From contig MU626258.1 of the NCBI GenBank assembly GCA_025603075.1, positions 73,457 to 137,456 of the forward strand: 64,000 nucleotides of DNA, written 5' to 3'. Made by a program: the position numbers and the translations under genes. The stretch comes from Neoconidiobolus thromboides FSU 785 (Eukaryota; Fungi; Entomophthoromycota). Below the pieces are notes generated by a model. That model did not search any database. It had not been told where the DNA came from and was given only the letters and a program-made list of their open reading frames with translations. Of this stretch, positions 52,601 through 64,000 are shown piece after piece (position 1 is the stretch's first letter; each line of letters begins with the position of its first letter).

Positions 52601-53873
52601 GATTGAAAAGCTAAATAAAGTAGAAGAAAAATTTACAGAAAGACAGATATCGATTGGTATTGCAGGTAGGGTACTTGATAGCGAACGGCCCGAAGATCGT
52701 ACATTAGCTTATCTTGCTTCTTTGTCGAACAATTTATCCATTCGTTGGCAGCAAGGAAAATTTTTAGGGGCTGGTACCTTTGGTACTGTTTATTTAGCTA
52801 TCAATTTAGATTCTGGGGATTTAATGGCGGTTAAAGAATTTCGATTTCCAGATCCATCTCAATTACTATCTTTATATAAATCAATCAATGAGGAGATGTC
52901 CGTCATGAAAATGTTACATCATCCTAATATTATCAATTATTATGGGATTGAAGTACATAGGGATAGAGTATTTATCTTTATGGAATATTGTCAAAATGGG
53001 TCTTTAGGCAATTTATTGGAACATGGTAGAATCGAAGATGAATCGATTGTTAAAATTTATACATTACAAATGTTACAAGGGTTAGAATATTTACATAGCC
53101 AAAATGTACTACATAGGGATATTAAACCGGATAATATCTTATTGGATCATGCTGGTGTAATAAAATTTGTCGATTTTGGAGCATCAAAAGTTATTGCACA
53201 AAACAAAACCTTAGCCAAAACAACGAAAGCCGGAGTAAATAAAAGTTTGACTGGTACACCTATGTATATGGCACCTGAAGTCATCACTGGTGGAGATAAA
53301 GGTAAAAAAGGAGCACAAGATATATGGTCATTAGGTTGTTGTATCCTTGAAATGGTAACAGGTAAAAGACCATGGCACAATTTAGATAATGAATGGGCAA
53401 TCATGTATCATATTGCTTCTGGACATCCACCCTTACCTGATACTAGTCAAATTAGTCCAAGTGGTATGGATTTTTTAAAGAAATGTTTTATTACTCAACC
53501 ACAACATCGACCCACTGCAAAGCAATTATTAGAACATGGTTGGTTCGATAATGTCGATATCGAATTATCTAATCATACTTTAAGCAATTATGCTACTGCT
53601 TCTATTAATTCTAAATATGATTCTTCAAATACAGCTACTTCATCACCCGTTAATTCTAATTTTTTTAATTATGATGAGAGCCATAGCCATAGTAGTAGTT
53701 TAGATATCAAAACTAATCATACTACATTGAATGGTGTAGAGAATATTGGGAGTATTAAAGAAGAGGTCATTAGAGAAGAAATTATTAAAGAGGAAGTATA
53801 CTTTAATAGAATGAATGGGGAGATAGTTGTGGATAAAAAAATTGAAAATGAGGTTAGGGAATCGGAGTTATAA
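49618..53873 (+). CDS. SSK2: Ssk2/Wis4-type stress MAP kinase kinase kinase with an N-terminal BRCT-like domain (about 1386 aa); exons 49618..49749, 49798..49958, 50006..53873
   Basis: ERIEWQGMLASVLTGEVIESEK (Ssk2 N-region), WQQGKFLGAGTFG, HRDIKPDNILL, DFG and LDNEWAIMYHI. Two upstream exons splice in frame (TACTAAC branch site in intron 1). Confidence 0.9.
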
Positions 53874-54154
53874 TGGACAGAATAACGGTAGCTTAATGAA
53901 TTTTTTTAAAGGGCAAATATATATGTCTTAATTAATATTGGATTAACAGAGGTTCTAGTAACCACTGGGGAGTGAAAGTTGATTTATTATTGAGTTAATG
54001 GTTGGTAAAGTAAAGTTTCAAATAAAAATAAATAAATAAATTTAAAGTTGTTAGTTTATATTTATTTTTTGATTAATTATCTATTTATTTAAGTTATTTT
54101 TTTAATTTCGAATGAGCAATAGTGTAGAAACATTTTTCGCTCAAGATAAATCAA

Positions 54155-54254
54155 CATAAGGAGATATATTTTATGTTTAAAAATTTTACTAACAATCTTT
54201 CCACTCAAACAGCGCTTAAAAATGGAAAAGTGATGAAACTAAAAAACACCTATG
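54155..54254 (-). mobile_element. MITE-like dispersed repeat, copy 6 (reverse)
   Basis: Reverse core TTTCCACTCAAACAGCGCTTAAAAATGGAAAAGTGATGAAACTAAAAAACACC. Confidence 0.75.
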
Positions 54255-54754
54255 AGGAAGATAAGTAGTTTACAATACGATTTTTTGGGTAGATCTCTTT
54301 AGTAAAAGTATTGAGCTGTCACAGTTAACTTTTTTACTAAGAGATTATTAAGCCATTTAAAATATCCCAGTATAAATTCATATAGATATAAAACCGCTAA
54401 CTATTGATTCTAACATCATTGAAGAATTTAAATTTAAATACATTTTTACAGTTAAAACTTTATCGTTGTGACTAAAAATCGACAGTATTTTATGCTCATG
54501 AACTTGTATTAGAGTATTTTGAACATAATATTTATTTCTTATAAGCTTTCAAAATTAGCAACTTTAATCATTAGCACTGGTCCGTTTGATTAGATCTAAT
54601 TTTAATCAATTTGGGTTTATGTGATAAATTTAAAAATTATACTAATAAAATTTACGTGGCGTTAAAAAAACTCCTATTTTTTAAATTGGATATTTTTTAA
54701 ATTACAGAGCATTTCAGCTATTTAATATCAATCAAAACATAAAATATACCGCCG

Positions 54755-56246
54755 ATGCATTCCAGTTTAAAGTACATATTAATATTACTCCAAATCGGGA
54801 ACATTTATACACTCCATGATTTATTTGAAGATCCCAAATTTGATGTTCGAATAGCGGAGGGTTTTATCATTGAGTCTTCTTTAAATAAATATTTAGAAGT
54901 GGATAAAGTAAATTAAATAATTTAACCAATATTTTAAAATCTAGCTGATGTTTTTTAATCTCTTTTATATTTTAGGGTTTACCTGGAGTTGGAGAAACTG
55001 AAAGTAGTAGTTTATCAAGTAAAAGGTTACTTATAAAAAATAATAAACAAGATCAATTTCTTTGTGATGTTATATCACCACCAAAGAAAGAAGAGACCAC
55101 TCAAGAGAATAGGAAGGATTTAAAAGAACAATTAGAGGATAGCAGGGTTCAAAATAAACAATTGGGACTTAGTTTAATTAAAAAAGAAGAAGGGAGATGC
55201 ATTACTACGGTAAATTGATTTGGATTATTTTATTTGTTTATTTATTTTGCTCTGATTCTAGAGAGCTAGTTGGTGGACGTATAAGTTTTGTTATAATGGA
55301 GAGGTCATTCAATATCATGAGCCAACAAGTGAAGAAGAAAGAAAGAATCCAAAATTAAATCAAGAATTTGTATTAGGAAGATATAGATATTCCATGCCAG
55401 TTAAAGAAGTTTCAGAAAATAAAGAATTAGTACCACATGAAAGTACAAGGGATTCTGGTAATGAATTGGCTATTATTCGCTTTGAAAAAGAAAAAAATGT
55501 ATTAGTGGAAAAATGGGGTGGAGGGGATATTTGTGATTTAACTAAAAAACCACGTACTGTAGAAGTTATTGTAAGTTTGATTGATTTATTTTAATTTTAT
55601 TTTATATTCACATTTAATATTATAGTATGAATGCTATCCACAATATATTGAAGGTATTATTGATCTAAAAGAATTATCTACATGTAATTATCAAATGATA
55701 ATTAATAGTGTTAAATTATGCGAAAATCCATTTTATACAGAAAAGAAACGATATATTACTTATCCGATCAATTGTGTTGAAGTTGTTAAAGAAGAAGATC
55801 TATCAAGGAAGCAAAAAGAAGCCGAAGATAAAAAGAAAAGACAAGAACTCAAATTACAAGAATTAGAAGATAAAGCAAAGAATCCCAAAATTATTCAATT
55901 AGATACTAATAAATTTGAATCACTTAACAATTTATTCAATAATAAAAAAGGGGATTCAGTATTAAATTTATTAACTGAGCTAAGTCGATTGTATGGTAGT
56001 AAAGAAAATAAATTGGAAAATAAAATTAAAGATAAAGAAAATAGTAATAACGAAGATGGGGAAATTGAGTTGGATTTATCTAAGTTTTTTGGATTTAGTA
56101 GAGAGGAGGAGGAAGATGGAGATAATCAAGGTTTAGATCAAGATCAAATTAAAAATTTATTTTCGTATGGTTTAAAAGAGACAATGGAATTATTAAAACA
56201 AGAAACTAGAAAAAATAAAGAAGAAAGTGAGTTAGATGAGGAGTAA
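54755..56246 (+). CDS. YOS9: ER lectin OS-9/Yos9 (MRH domain); multi-exon
   Basis: Signal peptide then HDLFEDPKFDV, SWWTYKFCYNGEVIQYH, FVLGRY, GGGDICDLTKKPRTVEVI-YEC and ELSTCNYQMIINSVKLC. Confidence 0.88.
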
Positions 56247-56566
56247 GATAGCAATTAAAGAATAGGCTTTTTTATGGTGTTTATATTATAAATAAAATTT
56301 CTAATAAATTTTAATTATAATTATTGATGAAAAATTAATAAGTTATTTTTGTATTGTTATTTTTAGGAATAATTGTAAAATTAAACAAATATGTAATTAT
56401 TTAAAACTAACATATTATATAGATACCGAATAATATTAGATAGAAATATAATAAAAACTTAACTATAATTTTTTAATTTTATTGTTTATATTATTCAGTC
56501 TATTATTTTTAATCTAAAATAATTCCTATTAAGATATTCAAAAGCAATATCCTTTACTTTGAAACT

Positions 56567-57475
56567 CTATTCTTTAACTTTTTCTATTTTAGTACCATAA
56601 CTAGGACGACCTAGTTTAGTGACCAATTCAGCAATAATATGAGAGTTTTCATCTGTCATTGTGATTCCTTCTTGTTTCAATTCATGTGCCAATTTATAAA
56701 TAAAAGGAAACCATTCTTCTTTTAAAGGGGAATTCAATAAGGAAGTCAATACTAAATCCGCAATTTCTTGATCTGGTTTCAATTGGTAATAAGGTAATAA
56801 ACCATAAGTCAGCAATACCTTTTCACCCCATTTTTTAATATCTTCTTGATTTCCACCTTCAGTTGGCATTTGATTAATATAAACTGCCAATAATTTTTGA
56901 AATTCTCGAACTCTAGGTTGAAGATTGTATCTATGACGATCAGCTAATAATTCAAATGCAATATCTCCTTGTTGAAATTTTTCAGCTAAATGGAATGGAA
57001 ATCGGCTAGCTAAGCCTGAGTATTTTAATTGCTGTGAACGCCAACGTTGGAGTAAACTAGGTATTAAAGAATATTCTTCTAATGTTTCAATTTTGGTAAA
57101 AAATTGATTTAATAAACTCGACTTCGGTCCATGAGAACTAGTGGTCGAAGGAGATGTTTTTGTTATAACTTCGCGGTAAATCGAATATATTTCTTCACTT
57201 ACTCCTGTTGGTGCAGTTTCATGTAACACAATGTCATCAGTAGTGGCATCTATAGAAAATATTAAGTTTTAATTTATTGTTTTTATATGAGAATAAATTA
57301 ATTTAAATTTACCTTTAGTTGAGTTAGTGGATAAAAATTGAGCAGTAACTTTATTGTTAATTGAGAAAACTAAAAAACAAATTAATATTATTGAATTGGA
57401 TTTATTTCATAATAATAATAAATTACTTTGTTTTCTTAAATTATTTTGTTTCAATATCCTTGTTATTAAACTCAT
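56567..57475 (-). CDS. Hypothetical mitochondrial helical protein (about 262 aa); exons 57475..57427, 57369..57313, 57249..56567
   Basis: In-frame splicing gives a basic presequence-like N-terminus MSLITRILKQNNLRKQIFSINNKVTAQFLSTNS, followed by a helical body. Confidence 0.7.
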
Positions 57476-57877
57476 CTTGGCTCTTTTTTATAAAAAAATA
57501 ATCAAAGAAAACTCAATCAAAATCCCAAATTTTAGTGGATTGGTAGGAATTTTTATTGGTAAAATTAAAGACTAGCATAAAGTATTTCTATATTTAGTAA
57601 AGTTTAGATCAATTATTGATTTTTATTTTATTAATAATAATATTAAATAATATAATAGAAATGAATATAAAATAATATTATTATTACAACTTATGTTTAA
57701 TATATTATTATTGCTATTATTTTGGTAATATTATTATTTTGTTTACTTTTAATACAATTGGCAATTTTTTGATAAAAATTACAAATCATGACTTCAATTT
57801 CATTCTCACTTCAAATTTTAAAGCTAAAATCAATTTTACTCTTCTTTCAATAAATTTTTATACATTCTAATTTACCA

Positions 57878-57924
57878 ATGTTTACGATCCTCCCAATCAA
57901 CAATGGTCTTAATTCAATAATGTT

Positions 57925-57968
<44 letters not shown>

Positions 57969-59230
57969 CATTTAATAATATTAATAATAATATTACAAAT
58001 TCATCTACTCAAACTCAAAACCCAGCACAAACTGTTGATATAGCTAGATTAGAGTATTTGCTATTAAAAAACAATATAACTAAAGATACTAAATTAGCTG
58101 AACTGCCATCTGAATTTTTAGATCTGTTTCAAAATACTAGGTAATATATTATTGTATTAGCAGAAATAATATAATGATACTAACTTATTTTATAAAGAAA
58201 TAAAATAGCAACCCAATACACACTTATAGAAAACATCCATAACAATGAGTCATATATCCATGAACATCTAGGCACTAATAATCTTCATCTTAATTTTAAA
58301 AAAGATACAACCGACTTAGGTACATTAGAAAAAAAGATTTCAAATATACAATTATCATTATCAGTATTCAATTATAAAACAAGTGAGGATGATATTAAAG
58401 TAACCAAATTAAAGCAAAAATCCATTCTAACTAAAGAAAAAGTAAAAAAATTAAAAGTATTAGTAGAAGATCAAATATTTTACAAAAATCATAATGTCAA
58501 GTGGAAAAGAGAAGATAGTGGTTTAAGTTTGGGATTAGGAGGAGGAAATGGAATGTTATCGAGATTAGGACAAAACGATATTGGTGTTAATTACTATTTA
58601 AGGAATAAACAAATTAATAAAAACTCGGATAAATTATCACCAGTTTTTAAAAAGGGGATGAAATTGAATGACAATTTACTAGTAGATCTAAAGGATAAAT
58701 TAGATACTAATGATAGTTTAATTGAAGTAATATAATACTTTTTTTATTGTCATAAAAGTATTAATGAAAACAATCTATTTTTTAGGAACTATGTGTTGAT
58801 TTAGATGGAGATATGGAATATCGTTCTATTTTAAATGTATTTGATATAAAGAGTAAGTAATAATTAATCTAACAATCGTGAATTAAAATCAATAATCATC
58901 TCTTATTTTTATTTAGTCTTCCGACAAATGAAATTAAAGTTTATAGAAGATATAGTCTGCATCTCCAATTTAACTTCTAAATTTAAAGAACAACAAGAGA
59001 TAAGAGAAAATAAATTACAAAAATTAACTAATGGTCGTAAACATAGCTTGAAATTCAATAATTTATTGACTACTGAAAATCAATGGCTAAGAGAAAGTAG
59101 TAGAAAAAAGGTTAATGATGATAAATTGACTTTGTTTCAAGTAGCATTGGAAGAGACTCCATTAACTCAAGAAGAAATTATTAAGTTAAGAAATTTAATT
59201 GTAGAACATTTTATTAAGTTGGGGTATTAA
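57878..59230 (+). CDS. Hypothetical polyQ/Asn-rich coiled-coil protein (about 390 aa); exons 57878..58140, 58198..58726, 58786..58852, 58917..59230
   Basis: Three GT-AG introns join three track ORFs in frame. Weak resemblance of TKLAELPSEF to the Nup49/Nup58 helical region. Confidence 0.7.
57926..57967 (+). repeat. (CAA)14 coding microsatellite (polyQ)
   Basis: Read directly. Confidence 0.95.
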
Positions 59231-60134
59231 GTAAACAGTAAAGATTTCTAACCATCAAAGTGAGAAAGTTTTTTTATATAATTAAAATATAGTATATATT
59301 TTATATTAGTTGAGTTGGGTTTAATATTATTTAATAATTATTTTATTTTATTTCTAAATATTAGTTAATAAATATCCAAGTATTTAATTTTCTATTTTTA
59401 ATAGTAAATGATATTGATAAGCAGTCAGTTGTATTGAAATATTATAAATAAAGTAATAAATATAGAGTAATGTTTGACTAGTTATCTATTTTTAAGCTAT
59501 TTTCTATTTTATTTAAAATATAACAAAACAATAAAATAAGGGAGAATAAAAACTAGTAAAAAAAAGTATGTAGGAAATATTCTAAATGAAGTGAATAAAA
59601 GGGGTAGGAGCTAAATCATGTTTTGTGAGGAACAAGTATCCTTAGGCTTACAAGGAAACTAACACTAATTTATTTTAGTACCACTTGGATTAAAATCATA
59701 AAAAATTAGGTTTCTATTTTAAAAAACTTATAAACATAACAATAAATTCCATCAAAATGAGCTACGTTATGTAATGCATAAAACGAAAGTGATGATAGTT
59801 CAGTCACATCTAGACTGACAGTAATATCCCATCGTATTACAAAGGTATTTCAATTGTTTAATCATTTATTTACACTTGAAATTTTTTTAATTATTATTAA
59901 TGTTTTTGATCAGTAAAAAGCCTTAGTATTGAATAGCTTACAAGGAAAAGACGTTCCCTCCATCATAACTTTTGAATAGTATCTACAATCCATCTTATAT
60001 ATTCTCCAGCTACATACTATTGGATATAATATTATCCAAGGAGCTAAACTCACACCGAAACTTATATCCATATGAAGCTAACTAAAGGAGGTTATCCTTT
60101 TAATCGATTCAATGATATTAGCTTTATAATTGAG

Positions 60135-60243
60135 TAAGTGGGGATGTCTTTTTTGACTTTATTATTTCTTCCATTTTTTAAACGCTGTTTAAGCGGAAAA
60201 TTTGTTAGTAAAACTCTTAAACATAAAAATATGTCCCCAAGTA
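60135..60243 (+). mobile_element. MITE-like dispersed repeat, copy 7
   Basis: GTGGGGATGTCTTTTTTGAC...AAAAATATGTCCCCAAG. Confidence 0.8.
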
Positions 60244-60634
60244 TTCAAGTAAATTTAAATACATGCGTTACTAAATTAATACTTTTTTTTCTAACAAATT
60301 ATAATAAAATACCACTTTTTACTTGTTAGACATACAAAGTTTTTAAGTTTTTTTAACAGCATTAAGTTTATAATAACAACAATTAAATTATTTTTTAACT
60401 TATAATTTAGGACTTTAACTTTATAATTGTTATATCAATCAATCCTTGTCTATTAATTTCATTAAGAGTTTAAAAATGATGGTTTATATCAAGATTTTCT
60501 CATTAAGATTTATTGAGGATAAATTTTGAAAAAAGCAAGGCTAAGAGACAGTAAAAGAAAGCATATTAAAACAAGTATTAAAATAAAAAAAATATTCAAA
60601 CCAAATAATGTCTTTATTAAACATTAAATTTAGG

Positions 60635-60741
60635 TATATGGGGATGTGTCTTTTTATTTAAGAATTTTACTGACAATTTTTCCACATAAATAACGCTTAA
60701 AAAATGGAAAAATAATGAAACTAAAAAAAACAGCCCCATGT
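60635..60741 (-). mobile_element. MITE-like dispersed repeat, copy 8 (reverse)
   Basis: TA-TGGGGATGTGTCTTTTT...AAAAAAAACAGCCCCA-TG. Confidence 0.85.
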
Positions 60742-61443
60742 TTTACACATTAAGTTTCAAAGCTTCGGCTTTAATAAAGTGTGTACAACAATTAAAGATC
60801 AAGTTCTAATGTAGGGATAAACTTAATAAGTAACAAAGGTTTATCAAAAGAAGGATAAGGTATACCTGGAGGACTGAAACTCTATACGTCAAGCTTTAAG
60901 TCAAATATCATTATAAAGCCAATTTTTTAATCATGAAAAATTAAACTTTTGGTCCTTCTTCTGGATAATCGATTTATGGGTGCTCGTTTTGTTTAATTAA
61001 GTTTTTCTTTATAAAGGTTGATTTTTACTTCTACCCTCCTCATCCTACCTCTGCTATCTCTGCTCAACTTTGAAAAGGACGGTTTTTTAATTATTGTCTC
61101 TAATTAAAGTCTTGGATTGAAATTATTAGTTTATTCTTAATCTTTTGCTTTTGTCACGAAATGTTACATGTAACGGTTTACTTTATATTATAGTCTTGTT
61201 TTTAATTATATAAACAATACAAGGATGACTTTTTGATTATTTTGTTCATTTTCTATACAATAAAAACTAAAAAAAAAGTTACTATTTAGTTATTAAAATA
61301 AAAAACATTCTCATCTATTTTTTACCATTGACTAAAAGTTACATTTTAAATTAAAATAAAGAAAACTGAATAAACATAGAAATATGAAGACAAAGATGCA
61401 AGATAGAAAATTCAAAATTATACAAAAATCAGCTTCATACTTA

Positions 61444-61545
61444 ATATGGGGATGTATTTATATGTTCAAGAATTTTACCAAATTTTCCGCTTAAATAGTG
61501 CTTAAAAAATGGAAAAATAATGAAACTAAAAAAAACACTCCTATA
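61444..61545 (-). mobile_element. MITE-like dispersed repeat, copy 9 (reverse)
   Basis: TA-TGGGGATGTATTT...AAAAAAAACACTCCTA-TA. Confidence 0.85.
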
Positions 61546-63657
61546 TTAGCATACAATGGAACTTAATTTTTATAATTTATGTATATTCATTATTAGTAAT
61601 ATCATTTCATTTAAGAAAATTAGCAGTGAGGGGATCTAATTTGACAGCAGATAATAATAAGTTTAAACTCCCTATTTTCTGCTGCTAAAATTACCGATCC
61701 TTTTGCTAAACTAGGCAACACTTATTGTTACTTTGCTTAACAAATCTTCTCATTTTATCAAACTGCTTTTAAACTATAAATTCAAATTGCATTGTTTATC
61801 GGAGCTTTATTAAATATTTGTAATATGATCACTATTTTAAAAATATTATAAATGCTTTATTTTATTCATTAGTCAAAAACTTATTATTAGCTTTAGTCGA
61901 CCTTTGATATTTATTTTATAAAGTTAGCATTTAAAAACCAGATATAAAGGATCAATTATTTTCTCTTCTCACTCCTTTTCATTCTCACCAATGTTTAAGC
62001 TATATTCCTCCTTTAACTTGAAATTTTCCCATATCCTCTTGTTATCTCATCAGCATTACTGCCACTTTGCATCTTGATGAGATAGCTAGAAGTCAATTCT
62101 ATTCAGTTAGGATTTATTTATTATTCTAAAGTTAATGGATACAGCATTGACTTTTTACTTTCAGTATAATTCTAAGCTTCCCATCTTATATTTTTTACGC
62201 TTATCTAACAGTTCTTAATTTAAAAGTAGAGCAACTTCAATGTTAAAAACAGATAAGAGCATTAATTCAATAGTCAATAATCGATTTTAATGTTTAAAAA
62301 ATGAATAAATAATGAAATAAAAAGATTACTTTGTCATTAATATGATTGAAAGCATAATCTTTAAAACTTACGCATACATTTTGTCCATTTATATTTAATA
62401 TAAAATTCTGAAGGAAATCTCAAATACTGAGCAAATACTGCCATATCGCTTCATTTTAAAATAACAATTCAAAATTCAAATGAAATAATTAATCAAAAAG
62501 AACAAATAGATAAATACTCAAACGAGGATCTAACTGTTTTTTTAATTTGTAATTTTTACAAAACAAATGAAATCACGTTAATATTAAAATCTTAATTTTG
62601 TTATTACATTAATATCTTTAGGTTACAAATTTTAAAAAATGTAACTCTGTCTAAATTGAAAGAGAGATATTTGTTTCTGCTCAGTATTATTATTAGGAAT
62701 GTTTTAATTCACCTTCTGCCCATTTTCAAGATCACAAGATTTTAAAGGGTTTTATTAAGTATCAAAAGATTTTATTAGCTTATTTTAAAACTAATCAAAA
62801 ATTTCATTTTATTTTCACGGCTTTAGTCCAAAGTTCAACCTTGAAAATATTAAAAATAAATAAAAGATCAATTTTTGTTTATACTAACCCAGATTTATCA
62901 AATGATTTGATATAAATTAAATGCAATTTCAAAGCATTTTAGAATCTATCAAAATAAAATAGGTAGTCAATTTATTTCAATAATTGTTAATGAAATGTCA
63001 TTATGTCTTATCAGCCCATTAGTCACAATATTGAATCAGCTCCCTCTTATCATATTTTTATAATCATTTCATCATACAGGTTTTGTTCAAGCAAAAGATT
63101 GTTTTTTTCTAATCCTTTTTTTAATCACAAAGAATCGCGCAATTTCAATTTTACGCTTAAAAATTTAATCCTTTAGAGTCGGAAAAATCCAGAACCCCTC
63201 TTTTTAACTAAGCTAACTCTTTACTAACTCTCTAATAGATAGTGAACATTATAATGTTGACAGATATCAAACTAAGACATTTATTAGAAAAGTACTTTTT
63301 TTGATAAGGAAGTTGGACTAAAATGCTATCTATTTTAACTCACTTGCTTATTAATCAATGGCTAGTTGACTCATCTATGAATTCATTTTGATCCAATTAA
63401 GCTTTTCTTATTCGATAATAACCAATGAAATTTCCTTCTTAACTAAATTATCGCTTTTTTCAGTAACCTTAAAATTTTTGCTTACCCCAAAACTAACAAA
63501 TAAAATATTTAAAAAAGCCCACCATCTTCAACGATGGGGCTAAAGGAAACACTAAGCGGTTTGACAGCTTTTATTTTATATATAAAAATAGATGAGATAT
63601 TATGACAAAAGAGAAATAATGTGATAAAGGGGGAGGGGTATCGGAGAAAAGAATAAC

Positions 63658-64000
63658 TTAACGGGAACTCTTTTCTAGTAAAAGAGAGCGTAACCATTTG
63701 TTTTCTTTTTCTAAATCTTTTACTTTTTGATTCAAGTCATCCACCTTTTCAGCTAGCTCTTTGGCATTCTTTTCAAGTTCTAATTCTTTTTGCTTCTTGC
63801 GAATACGGAAACGTGCTGAAGCCAATGTATTACGCCTCCTTTTATCGAGGACTGGGTCATCCAACCTGTTTTCATCATCATCTAAGAGTTCTTCTTCTAA
63901 TAATGGTTGAACACTCTTCTCTTTCTTTTTCTTGGATTGAGCCTGTGTTTGTTGTTGATGATGTTTAGCTTCGGCTTCAGCCTTTTGTTTACTTAAATCC
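63658..64000 (-). CDS. bZIP transcription factor, MetR/CYS-3-like (5' end lies outside the window)
   Basis: DKRRRNTLASARFRIRKKQKELELE...EKENKWLRSLLLEK; the frame stays open to the window edge. Confidence 0.85.
   Translation of the reverse strand, partial: DLSKQKAEAEAKHHQQQTQAQSKKKKEKSVQPLLEEELLDDDENRLDDPVLDKRRRNTLASARFRIRKKQKELELEKNAKELAEKVDDLNQKVKDLEKENKWLRSLLLEKSSR

Noticed and set aside
57354-57575. 73-aa plus-strand ORF
   Set aside because: Antisense to the first exons and introns of the 57475 gene; low-complexity composition.
60138-60329. 63-aa ORF
   Set aside because: It is MITE copy 7 read through by chance.
61600-62250. Interrupted minus-strand coding-like sequence (possible retroelement relic)
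   Set aside because: Only vague resemblance to RT motifs; not supportable.
63509-63697. 62-aa ORF downstream of the bZIP gene
   Set aside because: Overlaps the bZIP stop and 3' UTR in another frame; no features.

Overview
Very AT-rich, intron-dense fungal genomic DNA with short (about 45-60 nt) GT-AG introns. Gene content and style suggest an early-diverging fungus, Conidiobolus/Entomophthoromycotina-like; this is inference, not proven. I can support about 24 protein-coding genes: a C2H2 transcription factor, MCM1, a small secreted peptide, BMT5, CDC8, RRG9, ATP21, GCN1, a GH18 chitinase, ADE2, DNAJC11, TXNL1, a PMT2-family mannosyltransferase, an orphan Asn-rich membrane protein, a GH16 Crh-like enzyme, TOM20, LSC1, kaptin, SSK2, YOS9, an orphan mitochondrial protein, a polyQ coiled-coil protein and a partial MetR/CYS-3-like bZIP. 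There are also two tRNAs (Ser-GCT, Pro-TGG), nine copies of an approximately 105-bp MITE-like element, and several microsatellites. The most notable items are mostly invisible in the ORF track and came from splicing exons by hand: (1) an Ssk2/Wis4 MAPKKK with a spliced, in-frame N-terminal BRCT domain; (2) a Tom20 fused to a catalytically degenerate SMYD-type SET/MYND domain; (3) a 66-aa precursor of a temporin-like cationic amphipathic peptide; (4) a clear orthologue of the KICSTOR subunit kaptin in a fungus; (5) the MITE family. Exon coordinates were read by eye, and all homology calls rest on remembered motifs, not database searches. The ORF track labels 40272..41021 as minus strand, but it reads on the plus strand.
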